Assembly (NCBI GenBank): GCA_965198175.1
Contig: OZ240245.1
Location: forward strand, 2,365,382 to 2,429,381
Direction: 5' to 3'
DNA: 64,000 bases
Source: Candidatus Poribacteria bacterium
GTDB taxonomy: Bacteria > Poribacteria > WGA-4E > PCPOR2b
The notes beneath the pieces are model-generated. The model made no database searches. It worked only from the letters and a program-made list of their open reading frames with translations, and was not told the origin of the DNA. Each line of letters begins with the position of its first letter. The first letter of the stretch is position 1. This document shows positions 21,050 to 30,699 of the stretch, piece by piece. A program made the position numbers and the translations under genes.

Positions 21050-22129
21050 ATGCGGCATTTGATAACGCTTGATGACTTCTCGAATTTTGAGATTCAACAA
21101 ATCTTTCGGCTAGCGGATCAGATGCGGACTCAGTTGGCAACGTGGTCGGGTTTCTGCAAAGGGAAATTGCTGGCAACGCTATTTTACGAGCCGAGCACGC
21201 GGACCCGCCTCTCGTTTGAAAGTGCAGTGGAACGGCTCGACGGGCGAGCAATCGGTTTTTCCGATCCGCACGCTGCATCCGTTGCCAAAGGTGAAACCAT
21301 CGCCGATACGGTTCGCATGGTCGCCAACTATTCAGATCTCATCGTCGTGCGCCACAATTGGGCGGGATCGGCGCGAGTCATGGCATGTTATTCCACCGTC
21401 CCAGTCATCAACGGCGGGGATGGCAGCCATTGCCACCCCACGCAGGCGCTCACAGATTTGTACACCATCCTTCAACGTAAAGGAGGTATAGAAGGCGTAA
21501 GGGTTGGTATCTGTGGCGATTTGCGATACGGCAGGTCTGCTCATTCGCTTGCGCTTGGCGTGGCACGATTCGGTGGAAGGCTGGTCCACATTGCCCCCGA
21601 CAGTTTTCAGATGCCTGAATGGGTTCTGGTGCAGTTGAAACATCTTTACGATCAGGAACCAATTGAGAGCTGTCAACTCAGCGATGTGATTGGTGAGCTT
21701 GATGTCATCTATGTCAATCGGCTTCAGCAGGAACGTCTGCCGCCAGAAATTGATCGAGAAGCGGCTAGTAGAAGTTATCTTGTGAACGCTGCGGTGATGA
21801 GCGGGGCTAAACCCGATGCAATTATCATGCACCCGCTACCGCGTGTTAACGAGCTGGCTTATGAATTAGACGCGGACGCACGCGCCGCTTATTTTGAACA
21901 GTCTGCGAACGGAGTTCCCATTCGGATGGCGCTGATTGCCAGTCTGTTAGGACTTGAACAGTTAATTTTGACCCAACCGCCAGAGCGAAGGATCATATCT
22001 GAGAATCGACCCTGTGAAAATCCAAACTGTGTCACCGCTCATGAGCGCTATCTGGAACCTGAAACGGAGATTATCACCGATGATTCGCTGATTACGGCGT
22101 GTGCTTATTGTGGCGACATCAAACGTTAA
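21050..22129 (+). CDS. pyrB: aspartate carbamoyltransferase catalytic chain with a fused C-terminal PyrI-type zinc domain
   Basis: STRTR carbamoyl-phosphate motif and HPLP motif. The extra ~50 C-terminal residues, CENPNCVTAHE...CAYCGD, match the 4-Cys zinc domain of the ATCase regulatory chain. Confidence 0.8.
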   Translation: MRHLITLDDFSNFEIQQIFRLADQMRTQLATWSGFCKGKLLATLFYEPSTRTRLSFESAVERLDGRAIGFSDPHAASVAKGETIADTVRMVANYSDLIVVRHNWAGSARVMACYSTVPVINGGDGSHCHPTQALTDLYTILQRKGGIEGVRVGICGDLRYGRSAHSLALGVARFGGRLVHIAPDSFQMPEWVLVQLKHLYDQEPIESCQLSDVIGELDVIYVNRLQQERLPPEIDREAASRSYLVNAAVMSGAKPDAIIMHPLPRVNELAYELDADARAAYFEQSANGVPIRMALIASLLGLEQLILTQPPERRIISENRPCENPNCVTAHERYLEPETEIITDDSLITACAYCGDIKR

Positions 22130-22162
22130 ACATCATGAAAGGGGAACTGCCAACGCGATTCC

Positions 22163-23599
22163 ATGAACCGTGTTTTTGAAAATACATCCGCGCTCTTTAT
22201 CGCCCAACTGATTGGTCGCCTCCTGTCGTTTGGCTTGATGGTTGTCCTGATGCCTCGCTATTTCACAGAGGAGGCGTTGGGAGGCTACATCACGGCGATG
22301 TCCCTGACCAATATGATTGCCGCCATTGCTGAATTGGGTATGCAATCCCCTCTGATTCGTGAGATGGCACTGCATCGCCGGCAAGCGCGCCATTTCTTGG
22401 GAAATGCGCTCATAATAAGATTTCTCTTGTCGATCATTGCTTTTGGGTTGATGGTTGGAATCGGCTATTGGCGTTATCAGCCAATCATTGTTCGGATGAT
22501 TCTCCTGCTCGGTTTATCGGACATCATTAACTCAACCGCTCAACTCTTTCGGTTTGTCTTTCGTGCATTTGAACGGATGAGATATGAGGCGTTCACGGTG
22601 GTGGTGGAACGCTCCCTAGTTGTTTTCGTTGGAGGAGCGCTCATTTTCTTGGGAATAGACCTTGTTAATTTCTGCGTTGTTGTGTTGATTGCGAGCATTT
22701 TCAACCTCGCCCTCAGTGTCGGAATTGTTGCCAGAAGATTCATGTCTCTTCGATTCCGTGCCGATCTGGGGATTTGGAAGGCGCTTATGCACCAAGCATT
22801 GCCCTTTGCGCTCGGCAATATCTGCAACCAAATCTATTTTCGAATCGACACGGTCCTACTCCCCATTTTAAGCTCACATGGGGTTACTGCTAACGCTTGG
22901 TACGGTCTAGCGTATCAACTGGTGAATGCTTTCACGATTCTCCCAGGTGCATTTATGGGAGCGATGTTTCCTGTGATGGCGCGGACCTTTGCGAATAAGA
23001 GGATGGATTTTAGCAGCATATACACCGACGCACTGCGATGGATGTTTTTGGTGGGCGTGCCCTTTGCTGTCGGGATGGCGACTTTGTCCGAAAAAATATC
23101 GTCTGCCCTTTTCTCGCATTATGAATGGGTAGAAATTGCCCCCGCCTTGCGTCTGCTGAGTTGGTCTGGGGGGTTGAGTTTCTTAACGACGGTCGTAATC
23201 ACAGTGCTTCGGGCAACTGACAAACGTCGTTCTTTTCCAATTTTAATGGCGACGACAGCACTTCTCAACATTGCATTGAACTTTATCCTCATCCCCCGCT
23301 TTAGCCATGTCGGCGCAGCCATGGCGATGATTGTCAGCGAGGTTTACTTATTTATCGGCAGTTTTATTTATATTTCTCAGCGAATCTCGAAATTAACCTA
23401 CATCAGATTTGCAATCAAAACCGTTATCGTCTCCGCGCTGATGGGTGCAGCCTTAATGTTCCTTCGAGACCGCTTTTCCATCTGGCTATTGATTCCGTGT
23501 GCGATTTTATTTTATCTTGCTGGAATGGCTGCCGTTGGCGAACTCAAACGGGGTAAAATCCCAAAAAGCATAGAGCTCAAAGATGAATCGTCTTTTTAA
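22163..23599 (+). CDS. MOP-superfamily oligosaccharide flippase (Wzx/MurJ-like)
   Basis: 478 aa, about 14 TM helices, with the typical polysaccharide-biosynthesis-protein layout. Confidence 0.55.
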   Translation: MNRVFENTSALFIAQLIGRLLSFGLMVVLMPRYFTEEALGGYITAMSLTNMIAAIAELGMQSPLIREMALHRRQARHFLGNALIIRFLLSIIAFGLMVGIGYWRYQPIIVRMILLLGLSDIINSTAQLFRFVFRAFERMRYEAFTVVVERSLVVFVGGALIFLGIDLVNFCVVVLIASIFNLALSVGIVARRFMSLRFRADLGIWKALMHQALPFALGNICNQIYFRIDTVLLPILSSHGVTANAWYGLAYQLVNAFTILPGAFMGAMFPVMARTFANKRMDFSSIYTDALRWMFLVGVPFAVGMATLSEKISSALFSHYEWVEIAPALRLLSWSGGLSFLTTVVITVLRATDKRRSFPILMATTALLNIALNFILIPRFSHVGAAMAMIVSEVYLFIGSFIYISQRISKLTYIRFAIKTVIVSALMGAALMFLRDRFSIWLLIPCAILFYLAGMAAVGELKRGKIPKSIELKDESSF

Positions 23600-23608
23600 T
23601 CGACTTTT

Positions 23609-24121
23609 TTAAGATGACATTTCTTCTCCTGTTTCCCTGCGAATTTCAAACGTCTGTATCACTTCATTTGCTAGAAGTCGCTGGGCGATTGTTTCCAGCT
23701 TTGCTCGATCTAAATCGCCTTGTAGCCAGTATTTTTTTCCGGTCTGTGCGGACTGAACGTCTGATGTACCTGGGTCACGAACTCCTTTAAGGACGCTATC
23801 GGCAACCGCATCTGTCACACCAGCCTTAAATCGAATTTCAATTGTCCAGGTGTCAATCAAACGTGCTGAACGAACGCCTTGCACTGGCGTGTCATTATTG
23901 AATTCCCGGTAAACATAACGCTGCGTTACCGGATCGGCGAGGAGAACTGTACAGATACGTTCTACTGTGTGAGAATCGATCTTACCTTCAATCCAATAAA
24001 TTTGCGCGGTACGAACGGAGGTAACACCAACGACGCCCAAATCAGCGATATCCTCAAGGATGCCTTGCCCAATAACATCCGGTGTTTCAGATTTGTAGCT
24101 AACTTCAATCTTCCATCTCAA
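23609..24121 (-). CDS. purS: tandem-domain PurS (phosphoribosylformylglycinamidine synthase subunit PurS x2)
   Basis: 170 aa made of two ~80-aa PurS-like halves (MRWKIEVSYK...ADPVTQRY and TWTIEIRFKAG...LANEVIQTFEI). Confidence 0.5.
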   Translation of the reverse strand: MRWKIEVSYKSETPDVIGQGILEDIADLGVVGVTSVRTAQIYWIEGKIDSHTVERICTVLLADPVTQRYVYREFNNDTPVQGVRSARLIDTWTIEIRFKAGVTDAVADSVLKGVRDPGTSDVQSAQTGKKYWLQGDLDRAKLETIAQRLLANEVIQTFEIRRETGEEMSS

Positions 24122-24213
24122 TCTTGACGTCTCCTAGGTGCCGATCCGAATATCTAGGATGTTTCGCTGTTATTTATGTTTTGCCTTGTTCTCTGAATCG
24201 CAAGGAGTAAAGC

Positions 24214-24468
24214 GTGCCGACTGAAAAAGCTAACGCTCGAATGCTAATGATTATTGTCAGCGTGATTGGACTGATATTTGCCATCGTTATGGTTATTCTG
24301 TTCTTCAACGCAGCCCCCGCGCTTTCTAAGCTACGAGAGCATCAAACGTACACGGACGCCTCTGCGTGTTTGAAGTGTCACTTGACTGGTGATGAACAAT
24401 CGCCAACCATGCCCCACCTCAATATTGGCGGCTGTCATCTCTGCCACAAACTAGCCAAGGGGGAATAG
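24214..24468 (+). CDS. membrane-anchored di-heme c-type cytochrome
   Basis: 84 aa. One N-terminal TM helix. Two CxxCH motifs (CLKCH, CHLCH). Confidence 0.5.
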   Translation: MPTEKANARMLMIIVSVIGLIFAIVMVILFFNAAPALSKLREHQTYTDASACLKCHLTGDEQSPTMPHLNIGGCHLCHKLAKGE

Positions 24469-24736
24469 CAACGCAAGCCGTAAAAACAGCTTGGGGGTTC
24501 CGCATCACTGGAAATCTTGGTTAGTAGTGAAGTGATTCCGAAGGTTATCACATTCTCTTTACGAATGCAAGTATCATGTCGTCATTAATTTTGAAACCGG
24601 AAACGGCGCCGGGGGTAGGCGTTGTGGCTTTTCTGTTGACGCTGACTTTGAAAATGGTATAATGCACAGCACCGTCGGCTGTTTCAGATCGTCGCAGAAG
24701 TACACATAAACTTAAATAATCTGGAGGAACCCTCAG

Positions 24737-25594
24737 ATGAATTTTGGACCCTTGGGTTGGGGCAAAACAAATCGATTAGCGCAGATGTTCAAACCCAATC
24801 GCCATGGTGAATATCATACCGCCATGTTGGCAGTGGACCACCCGTATTTCTATGGGCCGACTGAAGGATTAATCGATCCGAGAAAAACAATACGTCCGAT
24901 AGTCTCCTATGCAGATGCTATCAGTCCTGCAAAAGGGACTTTGGAATATTGCTTGGACCCATTCGTAACCACACCCGTCATTTTAAGGGTAACGGGCGGT
25001 AATAGTTTGACAAGGCGTGACGAACTATCTAATGAACACATTATAACGTCTGTCGAAGAAGCAGTAAGGCTGAATGCAATCGGTGTTTCAGTCTCAGTGT
25101 ACATTGATAGTGAACATCAAACCCAAACCATTAGAAATTTAGGAATGTTGGCAAACCAAGCCAGCAAATATGGATTACTAGTACTAGGCATCACGGCTGT
25201 GGGCGCGACATTAGAGCAGCGAATTAAAGGCGAAGGCGCCGGAGATGACACGTTTGATGCTGCCAGATATTTTGCCCATGCCGGCAGAATCATCCAAGAA
25301 AATGGCGCCGATATCGTCAAAACATATTATTGCGACCATTTTGAGCAAGTTAGAGAGGGAATACAAGTTCCCATCGTCATTGCAGGTGGCAAAAAGATAC
25401 CTGAGCGCGAAGCGTTGGAATTCACATATAATGCGATAGGCGCGGGCGCCAACGGCGTCGATATGGGGCGAAACATCTTTCAAGCGGAGGCACCCGTTGC
25501 CATGATACAAGCTGTGCAGTCAATCGTCCACGAAGGGAATACGCCCGATCAAGCTTCTGTAATCTATGATGAACTCAAACAAAGGACAGCGTAA
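24737..25594 (+). CDS. class I fructose-bisphosphate aldolase, DhnA/FbaB type
   Basis: TIM-barrel aldolase with DhnA-family features (VDHPYFYGP, VTGGNSL, KTYY, VIAGGKK). Confidence 0.55.
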   Translation: MNFGPLGWGKTNRLAQMFKPNRHGEYHTAMLAVDHPYFYGPTEGLIDPRKTIRPIVSYADAISPAKGTLEYCLDPFVTTPVILRVTGGNSLTRRDELSNEHIITSVEEAVRLNAIGVSVSVYIDSEHQTQTIRNLGMLANQASKYGLLVLGITAVGATLEQRIKGEGAGDDTFDAARYFAHAGRIIQENGADIVKTYYCDHFEQVREGIQVPIVIAGGKKIPEREALEFTYNAIGAGANGVDMGRNIFQAEAPVAMIQAVQSIVHEGNTPDQASVIYDELKQRTA

Positions 25595-25598
25595 GACG

Positions 25599-26636
25599 AT
25601 GAAAGTCGGTATGTATTATAATAACAGCGATGTAAGGATAGAACACATGCCGGTTCCAGCCATTGGCAATGGCGATTTGTTGATGGAAGTGAACACGAGC
25701 GGTATTTGTGGGAGTGATATCATGGAATGGTATCGCATCCAGAAAGCGCCGTTAGTATTGGGTCATGAGGTGACTGGGACAATTGTCGAAGTAGGAAAGA
25801 ATGTCGCTTCATTTCAGGTTGGCGACAGAATTTCTTCCACCCATCATGTTCCTTGCGATGTATGTCATTACTGTTTACACGGGCATCATACTGCTTGTGA
25901 AACCTTTCATGCCGAAAACAATTTTGACCCCGGTGGTTTTTCGGAGTATTTAAGAATCACAGGAAAAAGTGTAACGAAAGGTACATTAAAGCTCCCCGAC
26001 GAAGTCTCCTATGAACAGGGCGCATTTATCGAACCGCTCGGCACGGTAGTGAGGGGGGTGAGGGCAGTGGACGTACAACCTGACGATAGTATGCTCATTC
26101 TAGGAAGCGGTCTGGTCGGTTTGCTCCACATGAAATTAGGAAAGGCACTGGGCGCTGGGCGAATTATCGCAACGGACATGCACGATTCGCGACTGCGGTT
26201 CGCAGAGAAGGTTGGCGCCGACCATATCATTGATGCCAGAGCCGATTTGCCCAGTCTCATTAGGGAGGTCAACGATGGACATCTTGTTGACAAAGTAATC
26301 GTCTGTACAGGCGCCCTATCAGCCGCTGCACAAGCGTTAAAATCCGTTGGCAAGGGTGGAACGGTATTGTTTTTCGCTGTCCCCAAACCGGATGAGTCCA
26401 TTGCGGTTGACATCAATGCGTTTTGGAGAGATGATATTAGCGTGAAAGTAAGTTATGGCGCTGCGCCGGCGGATAACGAACAAGCCTTAGCACTTATTAG
26501 AACAGGAAAGGTTATCGTGACCGATATGATTACGCATCGATTGAGTCTTGATGACATCTGTGATGGCTTCAGGCTCGCGAATGAAGGCGCCGAATGCCTC
26601 AAGGTCATGATAGAACCAAACAGAGGCAACAGCTAA
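25599..26636 (+). CDS. zinc-dependent alcohol dehydrogenase (MDR family)
   Basis: GICGSD/GHE catalytic zinc motif and a structural-zinc Cys cluster (C..C..C..C). GxGxxG Rossmann motif (GSGLVG). Start trimmed to MKVG. Confidence 0.75.
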   Translation: MKVGMYYNNSDVRIEHMPVPAIGNGDLLMEVNTSGICGSDIMEWYRIQKAPLVLGHEVTGTIVEVGKNVASFQVGDRISSTHHVPCDVCHYCLHGHHTACETFHAENNFDPGGFSEYLRITGKSVTKGTLKLPDEVSYEQGAFIEPLGTVVRGVRAVDVQPDDSMLILGSGLVGLLHMKLGKALGAGRIIATDMHDSRLRFAEKVGADHIIDARADLPSLIREVNDGHLVDKVIVCTGALSAAAQALKSVGKGGTVLFFAVPKPDESIAVDINAFWRDDISVKVSYGAAPADNEQALALIRTGKVIVTDMITHRLSLDDICDGFRLANEGAECLKVMIEPNRGNS

Positions 26637-26746
26637 CACACGCAGCCGGAATAATCAATGCGGCAGGAAGCAACCCCCTAGTCCAAGTCAAAACTGAAAG
26701 CCGATGATTTGGATGTCGCCTAGCCTGGTGTCAGGGCGTTTAGTCC

Positions 26747-27985
26747 TTATATTTGTTCCTGTAGTTTTGGATGGCTACCGAGCACCTTGATGAGTGTTCG
26801 TACTAGCTTTTCTGGGTCATGGCGGATTACTGTTAGGGGGACTCCATTCTCAACAATAACCGTATCTCGAATAAGATCTGATTCCAAAACGCGGATGCCA
26901 CCGAGATTGTCTTGATCGGAATCGTAGAAGATTTGCACCTTGGAGGGATCCGCCATCTGTTTGGTCTCATCAGAGAGTTGCGAAATATGTTTGGTTAGAT
27001 TAAGCAGCGAGTCTGTCACATGTTGCGGCTGTTCTTTAAGCGCGGAAAGTGCTTCTTCTGTGTGCATCTTAATGCGTGTAAATTGTTCCATAAGCTCTTT
27101 CTGGACATAGTTGTTGATTAGGGTTTCAGGGGCAGGCTGATTGTTAACAATAACATAATCTATTGAAAGATTTACGTGGTTAATGATAGCTTGAATATGG
27201 TCACTGACCGAGTAGCCGTCAGTTTCGCCGGGTTGAGACATCACATTACAGATGTAAACCTTCATAGCCTTCGAGGATCGGATTGCCTTGGCGATTCCCT
27301 TGACAACGAGATTGGGCATAATGCTGGTGTATAAACTACCGGGACCGATTGCAATGACATCGGAATTTTGAATTGCCTCTTCAGCCTCCTGGTTCGCGGT
27401 GCATTCATAGGACTGGTTCGATGGACGATGATTTTTGCCATTATCGCGGGGCTCAAGAAAAACTCTCCGAATTGGTTCCCGATTCTCCCGTTTCGGAATT
27501 TTGGATTCGCCGCGGACTACATCGCCATCGGCGAGTTCTGCACACAATACGGTGTAATTCAAGCTAACGGGGATAATTTTCCCGCGTACAGCGAGCAATT
27601 TTGATGCTGCTCGAATTGCCTTGGGAAAACTGCCGTCATTCAATTCGGTAAGTGCGGTCAAGAGAAGATTGCCAACAGTATGTCCACCGAGATCGCCATC
27701 ATTTGAAAAACGATATTCAAAGAGGCTGTCTAATTCATCTGCCTCGGACAGGGCAACCAAGAGCTTACGAATGTCACCCGGTGGAGGCACATCAAATTCC
27801 TGGATTAATCGTCCACTGCTGCCACCATCGTCAGAAACAGAAACAATTGCGGACAGATTGTCTATATCAATTATTCCTGAGCAATCGTGTGTTCTATCTG
27901 TGTATTGTTTAATCCCACTGAGGAGAGATGATAATCCTGTTCCTCCGCCTATACACACGAGCCTTAGAGCACTTCCAGCTTCCAT
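26747..27985 (-). CDS. YvcK/CofD-family gluconeogenesis-factor-like protein with a C-terminal extension
   Basis: N-terminal LVCIGGGTGLSSLL motif. Start chosen at the ATG with a GGAG RBS. About 100 extra C-terminal residues compared with the typical family size. Confidence 0.6.
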   Translation of the reverse strand: MEAGSALRLVCIGGGTGLSSLLSGIKQYTDRTHDCSGIIDIDNLSAIVSVSDDGGSSGRLIQEFDVPPPGDIRKLLVALSEADELDSLFEYRFSNDGDLGGHTVGNLLLTALTELNDGSFPKAIRAASKLLAVRGKIIPVSLNYTVLCAELADGDVVRGESKIPKRENREPIRRVFLEPRDNGKNHRPSNQSYECTANQEAEEAIQNSDVIAIGPGSLYTSIMPNLVVKGIAKAIRSSKAMKVYICNVMSQPGETDGYSVSDHIQAIINHVNLSIDYVIVNNQPAPETLINNYVQKELMEQFTRIKMHTEEALSALKEQPQHVTDSLLNLTKHISQLSDETKQMADPSKVQIFYDSDQDNLGGIRVLESDLIRDTVIVENGVPLTVIRHDPEKLVRTLIKVLGSHPKLQEQI

Positions 27986-28208
27986 AATCGTTCTCCATAA
28001 ATGAGATCTAATGATCAGTTCTTTAAATTGACCCGCAGTTATAAGCCTCAATCACAGATTGGGGTCTGAGGTGGCGCACCCGATACGCACTTCTGAAATA
28101 AACCACTCGAAAGGGAGGTATCCAGAAGTGTTGGGACATTTGATAATATCAACGTTGTGAAACTTCTTGCGTTTCAGGGACACGAATACTGCAATTGCTT
28201 AATACCTT

Positions 28209-29606
28209 TCAATTGGACGAGGTCATTAGATCTCTCAAAGTTTTAAGCGTTGAATCACAAAGCACCTCCGCCTGTTCAGACGTAAGCGCTTCACTGAATA
28301 CACGGATAACCGGTTCCGTGCCTGACTTACGGATGTTTACCCATCGATCCTTCCAAACACGCTTCACACCATCGGTTAGATCGAGTGAAGGTTCTTGATT
28401 GACCCACGCTACCTGTTCGTCACGATAAGTTTCGTGGGCGAGTTTCATGACGGTATCAGCGATTTCTTGTGAGGAAACTTCCAATTTTTTCTTACTTATT
28501 GCGTAACGTGGCATGGCGGTAACGAGTTCCGAAATCGCTGATACACTTGAATCCGCAAGCAACTGGACGATTGCAGCAATAGATGCTATTCCATCTGTGG
28601 TGTATTGGACTTCTGGATAGATAACACCGCCTGTTCCCTCCCCACCGATAATTGCCTTGGTAGCACGCATCTTCTCAACGACGAAGCCGACTCCCACCGC
28701 TGTACGGTGAATTTCGACGCCATGTCGATCAGCGATATCATCTAACATGCGGCTCGTGGATACGGTGGCAACAATGTCCCCCTTGCGTTTGCTCAACAAG
28801 AATTCAGCCGCCAATGCAAAAGTATATTCGCTGCTTAAGGGAAAACCCCCATCTGTAACAACCACAAGGCGATCCGCATCAACATCATGCGCGAATCCGA
28901 TGTCGGCTCCTTCGGATTGAACAACTTGGCACAGTTGATTCAGCGCGTCGGGTGTTGGTTCTGTAGCGTGAGGGAAATTACCATCGGGCACACAATTCAG
29001 TTCGATGACTCGACACCCCAGTTCACTCAACAGGCGTGGGCTAATCACGCAGCCTGCTCCGTTGCAACAATCGATGACGACCTTCAACCTGTGCGAGCGA
29101 GTTTGATTGAGGTCTATCCAATCACAACTGAGGATGTTGGCAATATGACGATCGATTGCAGCGTCGAAGGCTTCCACAGTGCCTTGTTCATACCATCTCG
29201 CGAGCCTGAAATCCTCAGATTCATAGATGTGCATCAGTTGCGCTTGTTCGGCCTGATTCAAAAGCCGACCGGATTCAGCCGCGAACTCGAGTCCATTCCA
29301 ATCGATTGGATTGTGACTCGCTGTGATAACGAGGCTACCTTGCGCATTTAATGTCTTAGAGGTGAATAAGGCAGTTGGTGTCGGGCAAATTCCAACGTCA
29401 ATGACTTTGCAGCCGGATGCGACTAGCCCTGCAAGCACCGCGTGGCGCGCCATTAACCCAGATGTCCGTGTGTCTCTTCCGATGACGACGGTTTTACCAC
29501 CGACAAAGGTTCCAAATGCTGCTGCGAACCGCGTTAGTACCTCCGGCCCCAATGTCTCACCGATTTTCCCTCTCACACCTGAGACGCTAACGATGAAGTC
29601 CCGCAT
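28209..29606 (-). CDS. glmM: phosphoglucosamine mutase / phosphohexomutase
   Basis: GVRG start motif, active-site TASHNP, metal loop DVDADR, sugar-binding GEGTGG. Confidence 0.8.
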   Translation of the reverse strand: MRDFIVSVSGVRGKIGETLGPEVLTRFAAAFGTFVGGKTVVIGRDTRTSGLMARHAVLAGLVASGCKVIDVGICPTPTALFTSKTLNAQGSLVITASHNPIDWNGLEFAAESGRLLNQAEQAQLMHIYESEDFRLARWYEQGTVEAFDAAIDRHIANILSCDWIDLNQTRSHRLKVVIDCCNGAGCVISPRLLSELGCRVIELNCVPDGNFPHATEPTPDALNQLCQVVQSEGADIGFAHDVDADRLVVVTDGGFPLSSEYTFALAAEFLLSKRKGDIVATVSTSRMLDDIADRHGVEIHRTAVGVGFVVEKMRATKAIIGGEGTGGVIYPEVQYTTDGIASIAAIVQLLADSSVSAISELVTAMPRYAISKKKLEVSSQEIADTVMKLAHETYRDEQVAWVNQEPSLDLTDGVKRVWKDRWVNIRKSGTEPVIRVFSEALTSEQAEVLCDSTLKTLRDLMTSSN

Positions 29607-29856
29607 ACAGATTCCTAACGGTTCAAAGATTGTTACATTTCGGACGGCTGTTGCGCTTAATCCTGAACAGCATTTCCAGATGCTGCGTAGTTTTCCGTAA
29701 TTTCCTAATCTTAGAGTTGTAATCCCTTACGAGATTGCAACATCTATATCCAATAGTTTAGAGACTTTAGCACAGCATCTTGAAAATGATGCTTCCACTA
29801 ATCAGGGTTGCAGGCGCTGATCCAGAAAACAATAGGGCTACTGTCACATAAGAACT

Positions 29857-30648
29857 TCAGAAGGATAATTTTCGAGCTACTAGGACACAACAACAAAATC
29901 CAATCAGCATCTGCCAACCGCAGATTTGGTACCATGGCGGATAAACAAACAAGTACGATGGAATTGGCGTCAATTCGTATAAGGCAGGTGTCCTGAAAAT
30001 ATCGATTTCAAGCAGATGGCATACAGCAATTAGCGGGTTGATATGCAAAACCGGCGGTATGATTGGTTGAAGATTCTCTAGATACCGATCTAAAGGAGTA
30101 AGCAGGAAAACGCCACCGATGAAAAACGCCCACACAAGATACGTCAGTTCAACAGCAAATAGTGTTTGCCGGAAAATCTGCCAACCCAATGCACCGATTG
30201 ACGCTCCCACAAATATGTAATCGATAAACACCAGATGCAACAATATGACTCTATAACGCAGAAGTTCGCCGGCTGAAACTGTAAATACGAGGGTTGTCAC
30301 TCCAAGAAAACAAAGGCTGTATATCTGACTCCCAAAAAGTATACGCACCAGAATGCTTCGCGAACGTATCGGGCTCAATAACATGAGACCATCTGATAAC
30401 CTCAAATCAAAGTGCTTTTTAAGCGTGCTGCAAGCCAAGTATGGCGAGACAATCAGAATTAGTATTGCTTCGGCTAGAAAGATGAGATCAGTAAACTGTC
30501 CCAGCTTCGCACGTATCAGTAGCTGACAAATCGCCAGAAGCAGAGCGCTTTGTACGATTACGGCGAAACAGATTTTGCCAACTCCTCTCCATCGTTGGCA
30601 CATTACCCGGCTGAGAATTGGGTTTTCAAGTTGCCACACTAGGTTCAT
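29857..30648 (-). CDS. hypothetical integral membrane protein (about 6 TM)
   Basis: Hydrophobic profile only. Possibly an ABC-2-type permease fragment. An IS lies immediately upstream. Confidence 0.35.
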   Translation of the reverse strand: MNLVWQLENPILSRVMCQRWRGVGKICFAVIVQSALLLAICQLLIRAKLGQFTDLIFLAEAILILIVSPYLACSTLKKHFDLRLSDGLMLLSPIRSRSILVRILFGSQIYSLCFLGVTTLVFTVSAGELLRYRVILLHLVFIDYIFVGASIGALGWQIFRQTLFAVELTYLVWAFFIGGVFLLTPLDRYLENLQPIIPPVLHINPLIAVCHLLEIDIFRTPALYELTPIPSYLFVYPPWYQICGWQMLIGFCCCVLVARKLSF

Positions 30649-30699
30649 CGGCGAACCTTTCCAAAATGAAGCAAAGAATCACGAATAGGAGTTACGCGG

